Shown here: positions 37,385 through 53,296 of the stretch, in pieces
Layout of the letters: the number at the start of each line of letters is the position of its first letter
Position numbering within the stretch: position 1 is the first letter of the stretch
Origin: Paramecium tetraurelia
Taxonomy: Eukaryota
NCBI GenBank assembly: GCA_000165425.1
Contig: CT868196.1
Coordinates: 248,001 to 312,000, forward strand
Direction: 5' to 3'
Length of the DNA: 64,000 nucleotides
Notes under the pieces: generated by a model
What the model was told of the DNA's origin: nothing
Databases searched by the model: none
Seen by the model: the letters and a program-made list of their open reading frames with translations, nothing else
Translations under genes and position numbers: made by a program

Positions 37385-39773
37385 ATGCCATAATTTCATG
37401 AAATGTTAAAAGAATACCAACTTCTTTATAAAGAATAATGTTCTTCGTTTATTAAAGACAGTCACACATTATGGCCTATCAGTGCCAAAAATGGAGCAGA
37501 GGAAGCATAAAATGTGTTCAATTTAGGATGGGATTTAGAGACGATAATTTCAAATTGGCAAAATGAAAAAACATTACTTCCTGATGAATATTAATATGAG
37601 CTATATTCATAATTGATTGTAATGAATTAAATACTAATTAGATGAGATATTTACAATCATATTGAGTGTGATAGGTGTAATCATTTTATTATGTTGCTGT
37701 TAAATATTTTGTATTCCAAAGTATAAGGTTTTCATGAGATGTTGTTACATTAATGTTGAAACAGATACCAAAAGCACTTTTGAAAAATACTTTCTCTTTT
37801 TTGGTATAATCCTATTGAGTTTAATGTTGTGTACAGTTTGTGGGTTATCTTATACAGATAAGTAAATTGAAAGTAGGTACTAAAGCTATTTAAAGTAGTT
37901 TGCTCTAAGTCAAATGCATATCTTTATGGATGATTGAGAATACAATAGAGTAACAAAACGATTAGGGATGGTAAAATGATTGGTAAGGCATTTTGTACAT
38001 TAATAAACAGATTAAATCGCTCTCTTAGGAACTATCAGACTAATCTCGATAGAATGCTATTAACTAATTAAGCTAAATTAAAACCAAATAATTACAATAG
38101 CAATATAAAATTGAGAATCAATATCTATCCGATTTATACGAATATAATTTTGAACTTAAATTAATCAACCCTAATCCTTACAGTAACTAGCAACAAATTA
38201 GCAGTAATTTTATTGAGTAAATTGGGCCAAGTAATTAATTAGGAACTGTCACCAATCTCCTATTAGAAGAATTGTCATCAAGAGATTAAGCAATATATTT
38301 AATGAAAATAATTAAATCTAAATCGTAATACATTAACATTAGTTAAATAATAGAAAATCTTAATCAAAGTTAATCATAATTAAACGATTTCTCATATAAC
38401 ATTATTAATTTATTATCTAAACTTGAATAGACATTGAATACCAAAAGTTGGATTTTCGATTCAGGAGTGACTGCTTATAAGAGATTTTTAATAATTACTT
38501 GTACCACTACTGTTATTTTACTATTCTCCTTTTCATTAGTGACTTGGTTTCGGTTTTAGAAAATGGGATTTCTTCTGCATATCTCTTGGATTGCTCTTGC
38601 AGTACTATTAATAATAGGATTTATTATTTTGATATTTGTTTATTATGTTTCATTGATAAACAATAATATGGTTTGCAATTTGGCTCATGGTGTGATTCAT
38701 GATAAAAATGTGCTGAAAAGAATCATTAAAATTATGAAGCCAACTAAACATTTTATCAAAACAAAATCCTTCTTTCAATAGGTGGAGGTTTGTTTATACC
38801 AAAATGGGGATTTTGTATCATATTTTGATTTGAATTAAACCTTCTAAAATATTATTGATCTTGATAGATCAATTTAGGAATTCGACAAACTATCGCATTC
38901 CAGAAATGTTATTAATTTCTATTAATCTGTTATATCCTCATACTTCACTAACTATAGTTTAGTGATAAATACGGATAGTGATGATAATCCATAGAATGTG
39001 TTAAGAAATATGAACAATTGGACAGACTACAATATTGACAAATCAATGTAATTAATATTTGGAGGATGCAGAGTTTCCTAAGATGAATGGGAATGGAAAG
39101 ACAAGGATTGCAAATATTACAAAGCTGATCTACTCAAATTAAAGTAATGATAACAAGATCTAATAGGTGAAACAGTTTCTATAGTAATCCTCATCGAGAA
39201 TTCGGTATGGCCATTTGCTTAATATTTGATTCATGTGATGAAGACTTTGCTAAATAAAGGTACATTGAACAATATAAGAGATGCAAAACGAAAAATAAAG
39301 AAAGCATATCATAAATAGTCTTAAAGTATTTTGACTAAATCAAACTATATATTGATTCAGTTAATAGTACTTTTAAACCAATTTTAGCTAATCTAACTGA
39401 ATATGAATAATTATTAACTAATCTAGACAATGAGATTAAATAACAAATAGTCAATTTGACTTACTATGGAAGTCAACTTAACTTAATTTTTCATAAAACT
39501 CAGAATCTGACAGACACTTTGAATTGCTCATATATCAAACAAGGAACTATTAGATTCAAAAATACATTCTGTACAACTCTCTTAAATGGAATGTTCTTTA
39601 TGTATATTTACTTAATTTCAATCTGTACTCTTTTGAGTTGTTTGGGAGTACTCTCAGTGTGGTCAGCTATGAGATGCATACCTAAATCAGAATAACATTA
39701 GGTCTTTTTAGAAGCAGCTATTGGGCCTATGCAATAAAGAACCATTCAAAGAAAAAGTTTAGACGTGAATTGA
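37385..39773 (+). CDS. Prominin/tweety-like multi-pass membrane protein
   Basis: TM1 followed by a Cys cluster (ILLCCCQIFC..RCC), TM2, large loop, TM3/4, second large loop, then CSYIKQ..FCTTLLNG plus a final TM. The first splice junction is irregular. Confidence 0.6.
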
Positions 39774-39801
39774 TTTATTTATACCATAAAAATTAGTATC
39801 T

Positions 39802-40889
39802 TCAAAAATCAATCTATTCCAACAACCAAATTGAACTTATAAATCCAATGGCGATTAAAAATGCTAAAAATTTAAATAGTTTGTATCTAGCAACATTGAA
39901 CTCTTCTACAATTACTTCAATAGTAGAAATATATAAAAATGTTCCAGCTGATATTGCATAAAAGATACTCACTATAATAAGTTTATTTGATGATAATATC
40001 CAACCTATTGAAATACCTAAAGGATTCATCAAAGCTTGTAGAAATATAAGTTTCTTAGCCTTAGAATGAGTAATTTTGGCTTTTTTAAATGCCAATCCTA
40101 AGGTGAGACCCTCGGCCTTATTAAATTGAAATAATATTTACCCATTTATGACAAAAAACTGCCAATGCAATACCTATACATCTACTAAGATTTGATTCTA
40201 TTCCTATTGCTAGTCCTTCAAAGATAGCATGAATTCCTACAGCTAATTGCAATAAATAAGGAGTTATGTTTGAAGATTTATTAGGTTTTTTAATTTTAGT
40301 TTTATTTTTTATTTCATTAAATCCTACTCTTTATGCCATCTTTACTTATGAAGAGATGGCATTTCTTAATACATCTTCTTATGCCTAACTTTCAACTTAA
40401 TTACAACATGCTCCAACCTAACTGCAACAAACACTCTCATCTGACCTAAGTAATTCAACATTTTATGTAGGTTGTACATCAGCATGCTGATATTAATAAT
40501 AATTTGATTACATCTTAATGCTAATGCTTATGATTTGTCACTATTTTTTCAATAAACAAAATCAAAGCAAAGCTAAGAATAGTAATTAAAAATGGAAATG
40601 GAAATAATTCTTTTTTTGGCATTTCCCCACTGTTTTGGGATGTTTCATATTTATCTTGTGATTCAGGCAATAAATGCAAAAGAGCTACTGATAAGAACAA
40701 TCCCCCTGAAAAGGCTTAAGAAATGGACACCAATGGCTAAAATATAATATAGATATATACTTTGTTCTCTCTAAAAGTCCTTGATTTAAAAGGAAGATTG
40801 GCTGTAAACAAAATGATGAGGAATAAGATCAACGTGCTGGTAGACTTAACAAATATTATTATATTGTCATTATCATAATTCTGATCCAT
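39802..40889 (-). CDS. ZIP family zinc/iron permease
   Basis: AFSGGLFLSVALLHLLPE, LQLAVGIHAIFEGLAIG, HKWAEG, MNPLGISIG, AISAGTFLYISTIE. Confidence 0.94.
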
Positions 40890-40916
40890 TTATAAATAAT
40901 TATCATTTTTTATTAA

Positions 40917-41982
40917 TCAATACTACTCTTTTTGCAATTCAACTAGTGATAATTGAATTCTTTATTTAGCAAAGTCATCTAATTCTACATCTCCAACAAC
41001 TTTAAATTCAAAGTCTTTACATGTCACAGGCAAAGAAAAACAAAGGCCTTTTGGAATTCCATAATGATTACCATCAGAAATAACCTAAATTAATAATTTA
41101 GATACTCCAAAAGAGGTCCAATTATCTTAGGATGTTCCTAAAAACCATGTCCTTAAATGATCTTTTACAGCTATGGCTCCAGAAATTGTACTTGCTCCTC
41201 TGGAGAGCTGTAATATCTATCCTCCTCTTTATTAAACTTACTGAATAAGAGCATTTCTCAAGAAATCCTTGGAAAATGTTTCTGATGCTTATTTACCATT
41301 AATAATTGAGTGAGTCATATCTGGGTATTAGGTAAGAGAGTGATTTCCCCAAATGATCACTCTTTTGATCTAGTCAATAGTTGTATTTGCTTCTCTTGCG
41401 AGCTAAAATTATAAAAGTCGCCATACAGTTGAGACACATCTATTATGATCTAGTTACATAAGAGATGTAAAATTTTGTTATGGAATTTTAGTGCACTAAT
41501 TAGCCAGAGTAGCACAATTAGTGTTGCTTGGATTTGCCACAACTAAAACTTTAACAGTAGTTTTAGCTTATTCATTCAAGATTTAGCCCTGTGTTTATAA
41601 TTTCAATATCGAACCTATTGTATAAATATTTCTCTGTTCATTTATAACAGATCACTTCTTTCCATACCTGGTTTTCGAGGCATGGCTCCTAAAAATATCG
41701 CAACATCAGCATCTTTAAAAGCAACCGCAGAATCGCTTGAGACTATGACATTATTTAGAAGAGGGAATGCGCAGTCTTAAATTTGCATTTTGATTCCTTC
41801 TAATTCTTGTAGTTTTTCAGGTAATTCTAATAGTTATAATGAGAATTTTTGAGTTGACCCAAACACTTGGCCAGACCCCAAAATTGGATAACTAGATTTG
41901 AATATTGTAAGAAATACAATGCAGATGCTAAATTACCAGCAGCACCAGTAATTGCTATTTTTAATTCTTCGAATTTTTGCAT
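40917..41982 (-). CDS. MDH1: Malate dehydrogenase, cytosolic type
   Basis: [56 protein letters not shown]. Confidence 0.93.
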
Positions 41983-42005
41983 TTTAATTTTATTTATACA
42001 ATAAT

Positions 42006-43858
42006 TCAGAGTTCAATAAATTCTGTTGCTAATTCACTACTATATTCTTTTTTCTTTTTATTTACAAAGCACATTTCAAAACAGTTTCCTAAACTCAAAT
42101 GTGATTACTCCATTTTTAGTTATTGATCGTGAATCGATTATTATGTTCCACCTTATCCTTATTCTGTGGATTCCATTGATTGATCTTCAGTTCTATTAAT
42201 AGCACTTTTTTCATTAGATTTTTCATTTTTTGCATCTTGTGCTCCTAAACTATGTCTTTCAAATGTTGTTTGGCCTGTCAATAGATTAATAGTTTAAATT
42301 TAGATTAGAATTCTTAATTATAAATTTTAAATTACCCCAAAGGTACAATAAATAGTAAACAATAAATGATTACATAATAAAATGTAAATTTTTTTCCAAT
42401 TAAGAGCCAATCTTCGGTTTAAGTAAACCATCTCTGGATAGTATATGAATGATAATGAGAAAATTGCATGAATAATTGTAAAATGAATTCGGAGAACAAA
42501 CTTATAATGAAAAAATAAAACACAAAATGATTCCTAATGTAATTTAATTTAATATATTACTTTGCTCCAACACAATTATTTATCCAAGGACAATGATGGT
42601 CGTACACCATAACACATTATTAACAAACTTCACAATGCTTGGATCTCTTAGGTCTGACTAACTACTATTTGTGTTTGTATATACTTTACAATCTGCACAA
42701 ATGTTTGAACAATCGTATCTTTCTAATATTTAGAGCATATCTAATTTTTAGTCTAATTTCACTACTCCAGCATCTTTGGCACATGAAATAAAGAAGAATA
42801 TAACAGTAATGCTAGTTAAAGTAAAGAATATCCACATCCAAATTGTGTTAGTTACAACTAAACATTATAGAAATAAATCAATTACATGGGAAAGTGAATA
42901 CTATAGTACAAATAAAGCAAGTCATATACATGGAAAGGAAGGCAATTTGACTATTCCTTTTTTGTTTCACTGGTCTAAATGGTTATCGAACATTGCAAAT
43001 GATTAGAATATCATTTTTATCTCTCTAGAATTAATAACAATATCTACAATCATGGTTTCAATTGTTTTAAAATCACTTTCTATTGCTAAATCCAGAGCTG
43101 TTTTGCCATTGGAATCTTTAATTGAACGATCAGCTCCTTTCATTAAAAGTTTTCGAACTATTCTAGAATTAGCTTGCATAGTCGCAAGATGTAAAGGAGT
43201 AACAAGAGTATCTGTATCTTGCAGATCCACATTAGCATTCAATGAGATCAAGAAATTTACTGCATTATACGCTCCTGAATAAGCAGCCCAATGGAGAGGA
43301 GATGAGCCTTTGTTATCCACTATATTAATATCTATCCCTTTCTGGAGATAATAACATACAGTCAATGGACAATCACCTTATGATGCTGTATGTAAGACCG
43401 TTAACTCTTTAATAATAAGTTATGATTACTATTATCGTTCTTAATTCTGTAATCTGCTCCATATTATTCAAGCAATTTAATGGTTTTCTATTATTATATA
43501 TGATAATACCAGTGATCCTCGGTAAGCTGCGAGATGTAATGCAGTGAACCCTTCATCATTTTGTTAATTAACCCATTGTTCAACTTCTTGTTTTGTATGA
43601 ATGTTTTTATCTATTTATGCTTAAATGTATTAAAAATACAATTCACTTAATTGTTCATTGTTGTTGTAACAAGAAAGATGAATTACTTTTATTATCAAAT
43701 CTTATACAGGTATATAGTTTTTGGGTTTTAAGGATTAACAAATTATGATTGTGATTTTCATAAAGGATAGCTTTGACATTATAAGTATCATCAGAGTTTG
43801 CGTAATTAATGAGAGAACCAATGGCTTAACTATTTCTTCTGGATGATGATCTCGACAT
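42006..43858 (-). CDS. Ankyrin-repeat DHHC palmitoyltransferase (Akr1/ZDHHC17-like)
   Basis: Ankyrin repeats (GFTALHLA, GSSPLHWAA, TPLHLA) and [27 protein letters not shown]. Confidence 0.94.
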
Positions 43859-43905
43859 AAAATAAATTAATATATGTAATAAGTATACATCACATAAAAC
43901 TATAA

Positions 43906-45674
43906 TCAAAGTGATTGTCTATCATCAATCTAAGTAAACATATGGGTACTATAACTATCACATTGCTATTGCGAAGGTCTAGCAGTCATCAACTCCCTTA
44001 TTTTCAAAGGTGATTATTTTTTATTCGGTTACACCTTTGTGAGTGTCTTAATATTGAAATTAGAATAACAAACATTTTTCTTATTGTTGAGTCTGAAGTT
44101 TTTGACCAGATCTCTCTTAACTGTTAGAGGAAGAATATGGAATTGGGGTTTCAAATAATTTTCATTTGGTTTCTTCAAATTCAATTTATTTTCTAACATA
44201 AATCTTCTTCTCTTAATAATTTCATTGTTCCCATTCCCGAAATCAAACTCTTAAAATTCACAACTCTTTATTAATTTATGAAATGTTTTTTCTCTGTCAA
44301 TTATTTTAGCAATGCAATAGTTTTGAACACTTGGATTTGAATATGTAGTTAGGAAATGTTGATTCAATTAAACATCTTTTTATTTCTTCAAACTTTCAAT
44401 AATATGATTTTTGTTTTAATCTATTACTACATCATCTATTTCTGTCAATAATCTTACTTATTCATTTGTCATTTGTTTGTTTGATGTATTCTATGACCTC
44501 CTCTTCTACAACAATAATTACAACAATCTCTATCTATTAGCAGTCTTTGGACCATAATCCTCAATCAATTGTAATCTGCATTCTTCAGGAAACTTATGAA
44601 TAAATTCATTTGCATCTATCACAATCACAGTAGCCAATAAGGATGTCACCGTACAACTATATTCGTACATACCAGTTTTATTGATAATAATTTCTTCACC
44701 CATCAAATGACCTGATGATATTATGCATAGAGAGACATTTCGATTATCTATTTTTTTCGATAATGTCAAATCTCCATTGATCACCAAATAGAATGCATCA
44801 CCTTCCTCATCCTCTGTTGCTAACTGAGTTCCTCTATCATATGTGATAGTCTAACAACTGTATATCATGCTTTCCAATCTCTAAGATGAATACTCATTAT
44901 TCACATCTATAATATTAATTATTCACTTTACTTTTGAATATTTTGAACATTAACTACTATTTCTCCTTCTTTGTTTTTTCAAATGTCATCTAATAAGTTA
45001 TAAAATCATCCTTCTTCAAAACTATCACAAATAACTCGTGACTATAACATGCTACTGTTAAAGACCTAGGAATATTCTCAACCAAAGCTTTCTCTCCAAA
45101 TCCTGTACCCACTCCCAACAATCTTATACACTCTCCGTATTTGTGTTCCATTTATTGTTTCTCCTCTTTTGAAATAGTTGTCTCCTTATGAAAGTTATGA
45201 TGTCTTATAATTTTGCTTGTAAACTTCTTAGCATTTAGAATTTAAGCAATTTTTAGTTATGGTTATTGAACTTGTTCTGAATTCTATCTTTACAAAGTCA
45301 TCAATTAATCCATCTTTTTCTACCTCATCAACATAACTTCTCCATATTAAATCATATAAAGCTTATCATTTGATGTATCATTCTCTTAGAACAACACTTC
45401 CCCTCCTTTAAAGTATTCCATCCTCAAACGAGAACACAACTAAGATTATTACACATAAGACTACTTCCAAAATGTCATTCCTTTGCGTTCCTTTCTACAA
45501 TTTCTCCAAAACAAATTGTTTAAAGTAGGGCAGTTCTTCCATCTTCTATAAAATGTAATGCAATTCTTCTCTTGTATGATTCTCCTTATTCATGGTAAGA
45601 AATAATTTAGTAGCCTCATGTAACTGTGGATTATCACAAGTTTCATCAAGTGGCTTTAAGTATATTTAATTCAT
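43906..45674 (-). CDS. Tandem cyclic-nucleotide-binding domain protein
   Basis: GEVLFQEND..KLYMIQYGEV..GTGFGEKAL..PRS; second CNB GDAFYLVINGDL..GHLMGEE. Confidence 0.85.
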
Positions 45675-45726
45675 TAATAATTATTTATCAAGAATCAATT
45701 TAGCGATATAAAATAATAGTTCAGTA

Positions 45727-46500
45727 TGCTATCTTATAAAGTATGTTATTTCAATCATAATCTAAATAACATATATGTAGGTCTGACTATTCAAAACGAC
45801 TTTTCTTGCATTATAATTGTATTCTAATTAATCTTATGTATTAATTTGATTAATAAATACTTCTTGCGTAATTAGTGGTGAAAGATTTTCGCAAACATAT
45901 ATCCAAGTTGAATCTCTTGAATCTCAATTAAAATCATTAGGCACCACCTAATAAAGAGATATTAAATTATCTATAGGATCTTTGCCAAAATCTGCCTTTT
46001 ATAATTTATCAAAATTAATATATATCAATTTGATGTGGTATTTTTAAGTAATTTTCTTTTATTAAAACTTCTTCTTCTATTTATAACTTAACCATTGAAA
46101 GAAAGAGATGACAATGTTTGATGATCCAAATTTGTTAAAATACAAATCAATAATCGATGATTATCAATATTTATGTATATGACATCAATTTAGTGATTAT
46201 CAAGTGACACAATGATTAATTTTTAAGAATTTCTATTTTATTGATTAATTATCATCATCATCATTTAAGTCATCATGAATTTGAAGTAGTTCAGCTCTTT
46301 TACCACTATATATGAGTATATATAATATTTAATCATAAAAGATACCATATTAGATGGAATCAATTAACATTTATTAACATTAATTTGTAATTAATGACTG
46401 CTTTAGCAATTATACTAATTAAATAGAAAAAATGATAAGATTGATATTAGAAATGTTGTCTATTTCTGAGATTTATAAATTTAGATAATCCAGGAATATA
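45727..46500 (+). other. Possible small gene or gene remnant; structure unresolved
   Basis: Coding-like stretches (LAQLVVKDFRKHISKL; KKEMTMFDDPNLLKYK) but I could not build a continuous model. Confidence 0.25.
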
Positions 46501-46596
46501 ATAGACTTTAACTATTTTACTTAGAAAAATTAACAACATTCTGATATCAATTATATATATTTAAATATAAATTATAATATAAAATACTTATATAAT

Positions 46597-47700
46597 TCAT
46601 TGCAAACTCTTTAATTGATTCATTAAATCTTCTAGATTGGTACTTTCTTTTGTTGTGTCAGTAGACTATTATTATGATTATTATGATTATTATTAATTCA
46701 ATAATTATTATTAAATTTATGCTTCATTAATTGGTGTATCATCAGCCACAACTTCAATACCCCATTCATTTTCAACATGAACAATTTCCTATTTCTATTC
46801 TGATTATTCTTTTCTTTTTTATAATTTATTCAATCTAAGTCTTTCAGAATTCAGCTGTTATCTTTTCAAGCAATTGTGATCCTTGCATTCAGGATTAGGC
46901 ATAATAGCATAATTCTAGAAGAAGTCAGCCAAAGCATTATATCCAAGGAGAAATGTAGTTTAACCAAAACCTAATAAATATTTGAGAGTGTTCTAGGCTA
47001 AGAATCCAGCAGTAATACCCATAGTAGTTGGCAATGAGGCTGCACATACGCCTTCTCTTTTAATTTACTATTCAGTATTTTCAACTACAGCCACAGGAAC
47101 AGCACATGCAAAACATGCTGTTTCTCCTGGAATCATCAACTAGATATGTGCAGACATTGCATCTTCAGATACTCCACTCTCCATCCAAACTTAATCAAGT
47201 TCATTACATGCACTATTAATTGTCATACGTGCAGCATAATTATCAACACAACTTAAAATTAGATTAACAGGTCCTTCTTTGAGAGCACCATTTTGCATTC
47301 TCTCCAACAATTAATTAAACCCTGTTCCTGATGTGATATTTTCATTATATGCTTCAATAACAACATCTGGATTAATATTCAATAATGTTTATTTTGCTGC
47401 CTCAACCTTTGATAATCCAACTTATTGTGGAGTGAAAAATAACCTAAATATTAGGACTATTGATTACCTATTCATATTTGCTAACTCCACTTTGTCATAA
47501 TCATACATAATCAATTTACCAATTCCACAACGTGTTAACATTTCGCATAAAACTGATCCTACTCCACCAACACCAACTACTAATACTGTGAACTCCTTTA
47601 TCTATTGATAATTCTGAATAATTCCCATTCTCTTTAATGCCATCAATCTGCTGTAAGGATTGTCATTCCTTACTTCTTCACTCATTTGTCTTTCTTGCAT
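46597..47700 (-). CDS. UBA5: UFM1-activating enzyme E1
   Basis: [83 protein letters not shown] (catalytic Cys), NEWGIEV. Confidence 0.97.
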
Positions 47701-47715
47701 TTATTAATATTATAA

Positions 47716-48504
47716 ATGAATAATTAATTTTTACCTGATGATGAGGATCCTTAACTCAAAGAAGAAAGGAAGAACTTGTACAAAATTTTTGGAAAGGAAA
47801 CTTCTTTAGGCAAAGAACTGTTCGGATTATACAATGCGCATGAAAAACCTAAAATAAATTATCCAAAACCAAAATAAAAAACACAAGAGTAGTTAGATTC
47901 TGAAAAGGTGAAAACCTAGAAAACTTGTCCACAAAAAACAGTTATAGAATATCCAAAGGAAGAAATTAAACAAAGATAATAATATTACCCAATTGATTTT
48001 GTTCAAAAACGAAAACCAGAGGCTGAAATCAGAAAGGAAATTGAAAAATATTATGAAGGCAGAAAATTCTTCAGACCTGCTGTTTAAGGATAGGACAGAA
48101 AAAAATTAATCGAACAATTATAACGAGTATTTAAATATAAAAGAGGAGCATTACCTAAAGGTGCAGAATTACCTGAAATCAATATTAAAAGTGAAGATGC
48201 CTTCTTAAAAGACTCTGAAACCACTTCTAATGCTATAAAAAAAATGCATAAAAAAGACTTATATTTTACAGGACTAAAATCTGACAATTAATCAGATGCT
48301 ACTACTTTATAAGGAGATCCGTAAATTGAATTAGAAGTGCTCTTCTCATCAATTATGAAAGAAATTGAAGAAAGATAGGAATTTCTTTAAGAAATAGAAT
48401 ACCTAAATGAACCAAAATTAAAGCAAAGAATCAAAGATGAAATTATTGAAAGAGTTGCTGAATTATAGAAAGTTTAAGATTTAAGAAGACACTATTGCAA
48501 TTGA
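47716..48504 (+). CDS. UPF0193 / EVG1 (C22orf23)-like protein
   Basis: C-terminal LFSSIMKEIEERQEFLQEIEYL..IKDEIIERVAEL resembles the UPF0193 signature as I remember it; uninterrupted frame. Confidence 0.7.
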
Positions 48505-48741
48505 GTATTTATTATAATTCAATTCATTAAAATGTATTCATTTGAATTTACTTATTTATATATTAGTATATGATCTTTTAAGTATAAAATTAGAATCGCT
48601 TGAAAAATAATCGATATCAGAATATTAAACAACAGGACTAAATAATAGACACTCTCTTTGCAAGTTTTTACTATAATAAAACAACAGGTTTTAATATGTT
48701 TTTGATGATTTAATACAAATTTGATTGCTAACAAAATCATA

Positions 48742-50484
<1,743 letters not shown>

Positions 50485-50576
50485 TTAATAAATTTAGAAA
50501 TTACTATTATAAATATGTACTTAATATCACTGTAAAATTTATAGTGAATAAATATAATATGATGGATATTAAGTTA

Positions 50577-52434
50577 TCATTGTAGTTTGAACTAATTTAA
50601 TTTTTTACTCTAAGAATTTGATCTATTTTGTGAGCTTAAGATGTCTAATTCAAACAATTTAGGTTATAAACATGATTTTAATGGCAATTGTTATTGTTAT
50701 TGAGGTGGTTACTACACATTTCTCATACTTTAATGTTGTTTAGGTATAGGAGGATCAGATACTTATCTTTTTGATTCTTTAGTACTTTTTCCTAAGCTTG
50801 ATTATGTTTTACTTTTGATTTCAGCATTTGGTTCAATTGATTGATGAATTCTATTTTGTCTTTCACTAATTTTAGGTAACATTTAAGGAGTGTTTGGTTT
50901 TTTAACAGGAATGGTTGGAGGTTTGCTAATTTGGAATTGTTGAGTTTCAGATGGTTCTTTTTTTTAGTTTCTTCTGATATCTATTGAATAAATATATTAT
51001 TTACTTGCTCCAGTCCAATTGTCTTATAATTGAGAAGAAAATTCAATGAATTTATCATATTCATGGGCATCCTCCAAAGGGTATATTTTGATATAATCGC
51101 CTAAATTATTATTTTCATGTTGATCTCTTTATTCTGACCATTATTTAATTAGTAATTATTTCTCTTCTTAAGTTAATTTCTATTTCTTGCCTGTCAAAAC
51201 TCTTTATTATAATTACTCTCTCCTTGATGCTATTATTTCTTCTTTAGCTTTTAGACTTACATTCATCAATTTTAAAGTATCTCTAATAAGATTCTTCTTT
51301 ATTAATGAATCCAAAGGTGTGTCTGTAGTAAAACTGGGAGTGTGATTAACTTCTAATAAAGATGGTCTTAATTTATCATTAATGAAGATATCCATTCCTA
51401 GAATTTCAAAACACATATTATTAGCGTAGTTATCAGGTTAACATGATTTGTAATGATGATTGAGAATTGGCTAGACAGTGCAGAAGGTTTTGATGAATAA
51501 TTTATACATATCCTACCATAACTTCTATATATTATGTCCTTCTTCTTATAACTTACCAAAGACTGATTTAATGGACCTTTTGTGTCCAACATCCATTTTG
51601 GTAGCATCATTATTAAATACAAAGTTGGGATTCTCCTTATTGATAGCATAATTTGTTAAATGCATACAAACATCCTCCAAATTATTAGTAGTTGGAGTAA
51701 CGTATTGTTCAGTTGCAAATCTTACTAAGCCGTCTTAATATACATATATTCTCATAGGATCTGTTCCAGCTAATAACACATAGATTCTCAAATCAAATTT
51801 CAAACCATCTATCAAAAATGGTCTATGCATATATCTTTATGCCACATAATGATCAGTTGGGTTGATGTCATTGATACTTCTGGTCAGAAATATTCCTCTT
51901 CCTTAACAACTTGCTTCTGGTTTTACTATGAATGTTCTTACTTTTCCTTTGACAAATTAATTTTTGAAATCTCCATATTCAGCTGGCAATAGCCATGTTT
52001 AGGGGAAGAATTTATAATCATTTGGGAATTGTTTTCTCATCTTCATCAAATTTCTACCAAGATGGTTTTTACGAGCAAGTGAATACATCCCAGGAAAGTG
52101 ATTTATCTTTTGATGAGCTTTTAAATATATTGCTTAACAAACTTACGTTACATTTTGCCTAAGGTTTCTGGTTAAACAGCTGCATCAGTCCAAAACATAT
52201 CCCAATTGACTCCATCAGGTTCATATTACAATATCCATTTGAATATCTTTTTCCCAACAAATTTCACAACATCATATTTTGTATCTCTTTTTACAATCAT
52301 AAATTACCAGACACATTAATAATCAGAGTTTATTTCTTTCTTTTATCATCATTTTCGTCATCACTGTTGTCTTTGAATGTTCCATTGAAAATTGGTTCTT
52401 CCTCTTTAGATTTTTTAGACTACTTTTATTACAT
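50577..52434 (-). CDS. Tubulin polyglutamylase (TTLL6-like)
   Basis: WDMFWTD, KINHFPGM..LARK, FFPQTWLLP, FIVKPEASCQGRGIFL, FLIDGLKFDLRIY, DGLVRFAT, MHLTNYAINK, CFEILGMD, LLEVNHTPSF. Confidence 0.95.
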
Positions 52435-52490
52435 TTATATAATAATTAGTATTAATTTATGAGATTTCACATTTCATATGACAATTATCA

Positions 52491-53271
52491 TCAATTATGG
52501 GAATATATTACTTCGTATTCTCGTTTACAAATAGGACAAGTGCTTTTCGTTTTAAACCATTCCTAAATACAACCCAGATGAAACTTGTGTTTGCATTACA
52601 ACTAAGCCACTTTTTATGATAATTATTATAAGCATATGCAACAGTCATCTTCTTATTAAGCATTTACACTCTAGAATCTAATAACATATTTATACAATTA
52701 TATTGTAAATTTAATATTTTTTGTATTATCTTATGAGCAAGAACAGTTTTCTAAGAAAGTAGAACAAGCTCAGTATTATAAATGTAATTGCAGTTGCTGC
52801 ACTGCCATCTTCGTAATGGCATTTTTGATTTATTATGCTATAGATCCCATAAATTGACAATGCAAAATAACTTAATGCTATTATATTATAGAGCAACTAA
52901 TATCTATTCGAAATAGCTTCTAACAATGTCATAAAATCAACATAGGCATCATTATTATATTACAATGATATTCGTTGATTTTCAAAGTTTTCCAAAGTTC
53001 TATCAATTGATTAATAGTCACAATAGTAGAGATTCCCAAGAGCGATTAAATTCACAATCGAACACATAATGTCAGTTATTAGTAACAGAAGAAAATAATA
53101 AAATAGATCGCATTCGGATGTGTTGGTTAAGATACTTATTACAGCAATTAGTTTTAAAAAAGCGTAGAACAGCTATGAAAATTCAATGAAGAATACAATT
53201 TTGATGGAATCTTTTCGTTTTAAGAGTTCCCCTAAAATAGAAATAAGAATACCATCAGTCAGCTCATTCAT
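52491..53271 (-). CDS. Transmembrane RING-H2 E3 ligase
   Basis: TM helices, then CCICL..[26 protein letters not shown]. Confidence 0.85.
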
Positions 53272-53296
53272 TAAATTATATAAATAATTGATATTA

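Noticed and set aside
41440..41470. MDH motif SLMQLDHNR instead of ALTRLDHNR as a sign of altered substrate specificity
   Set aside because: The substrate-binding Arg residues (MPR, ERS, HNR) and catalytic Asp/His are retained; this is ordinary divergence.
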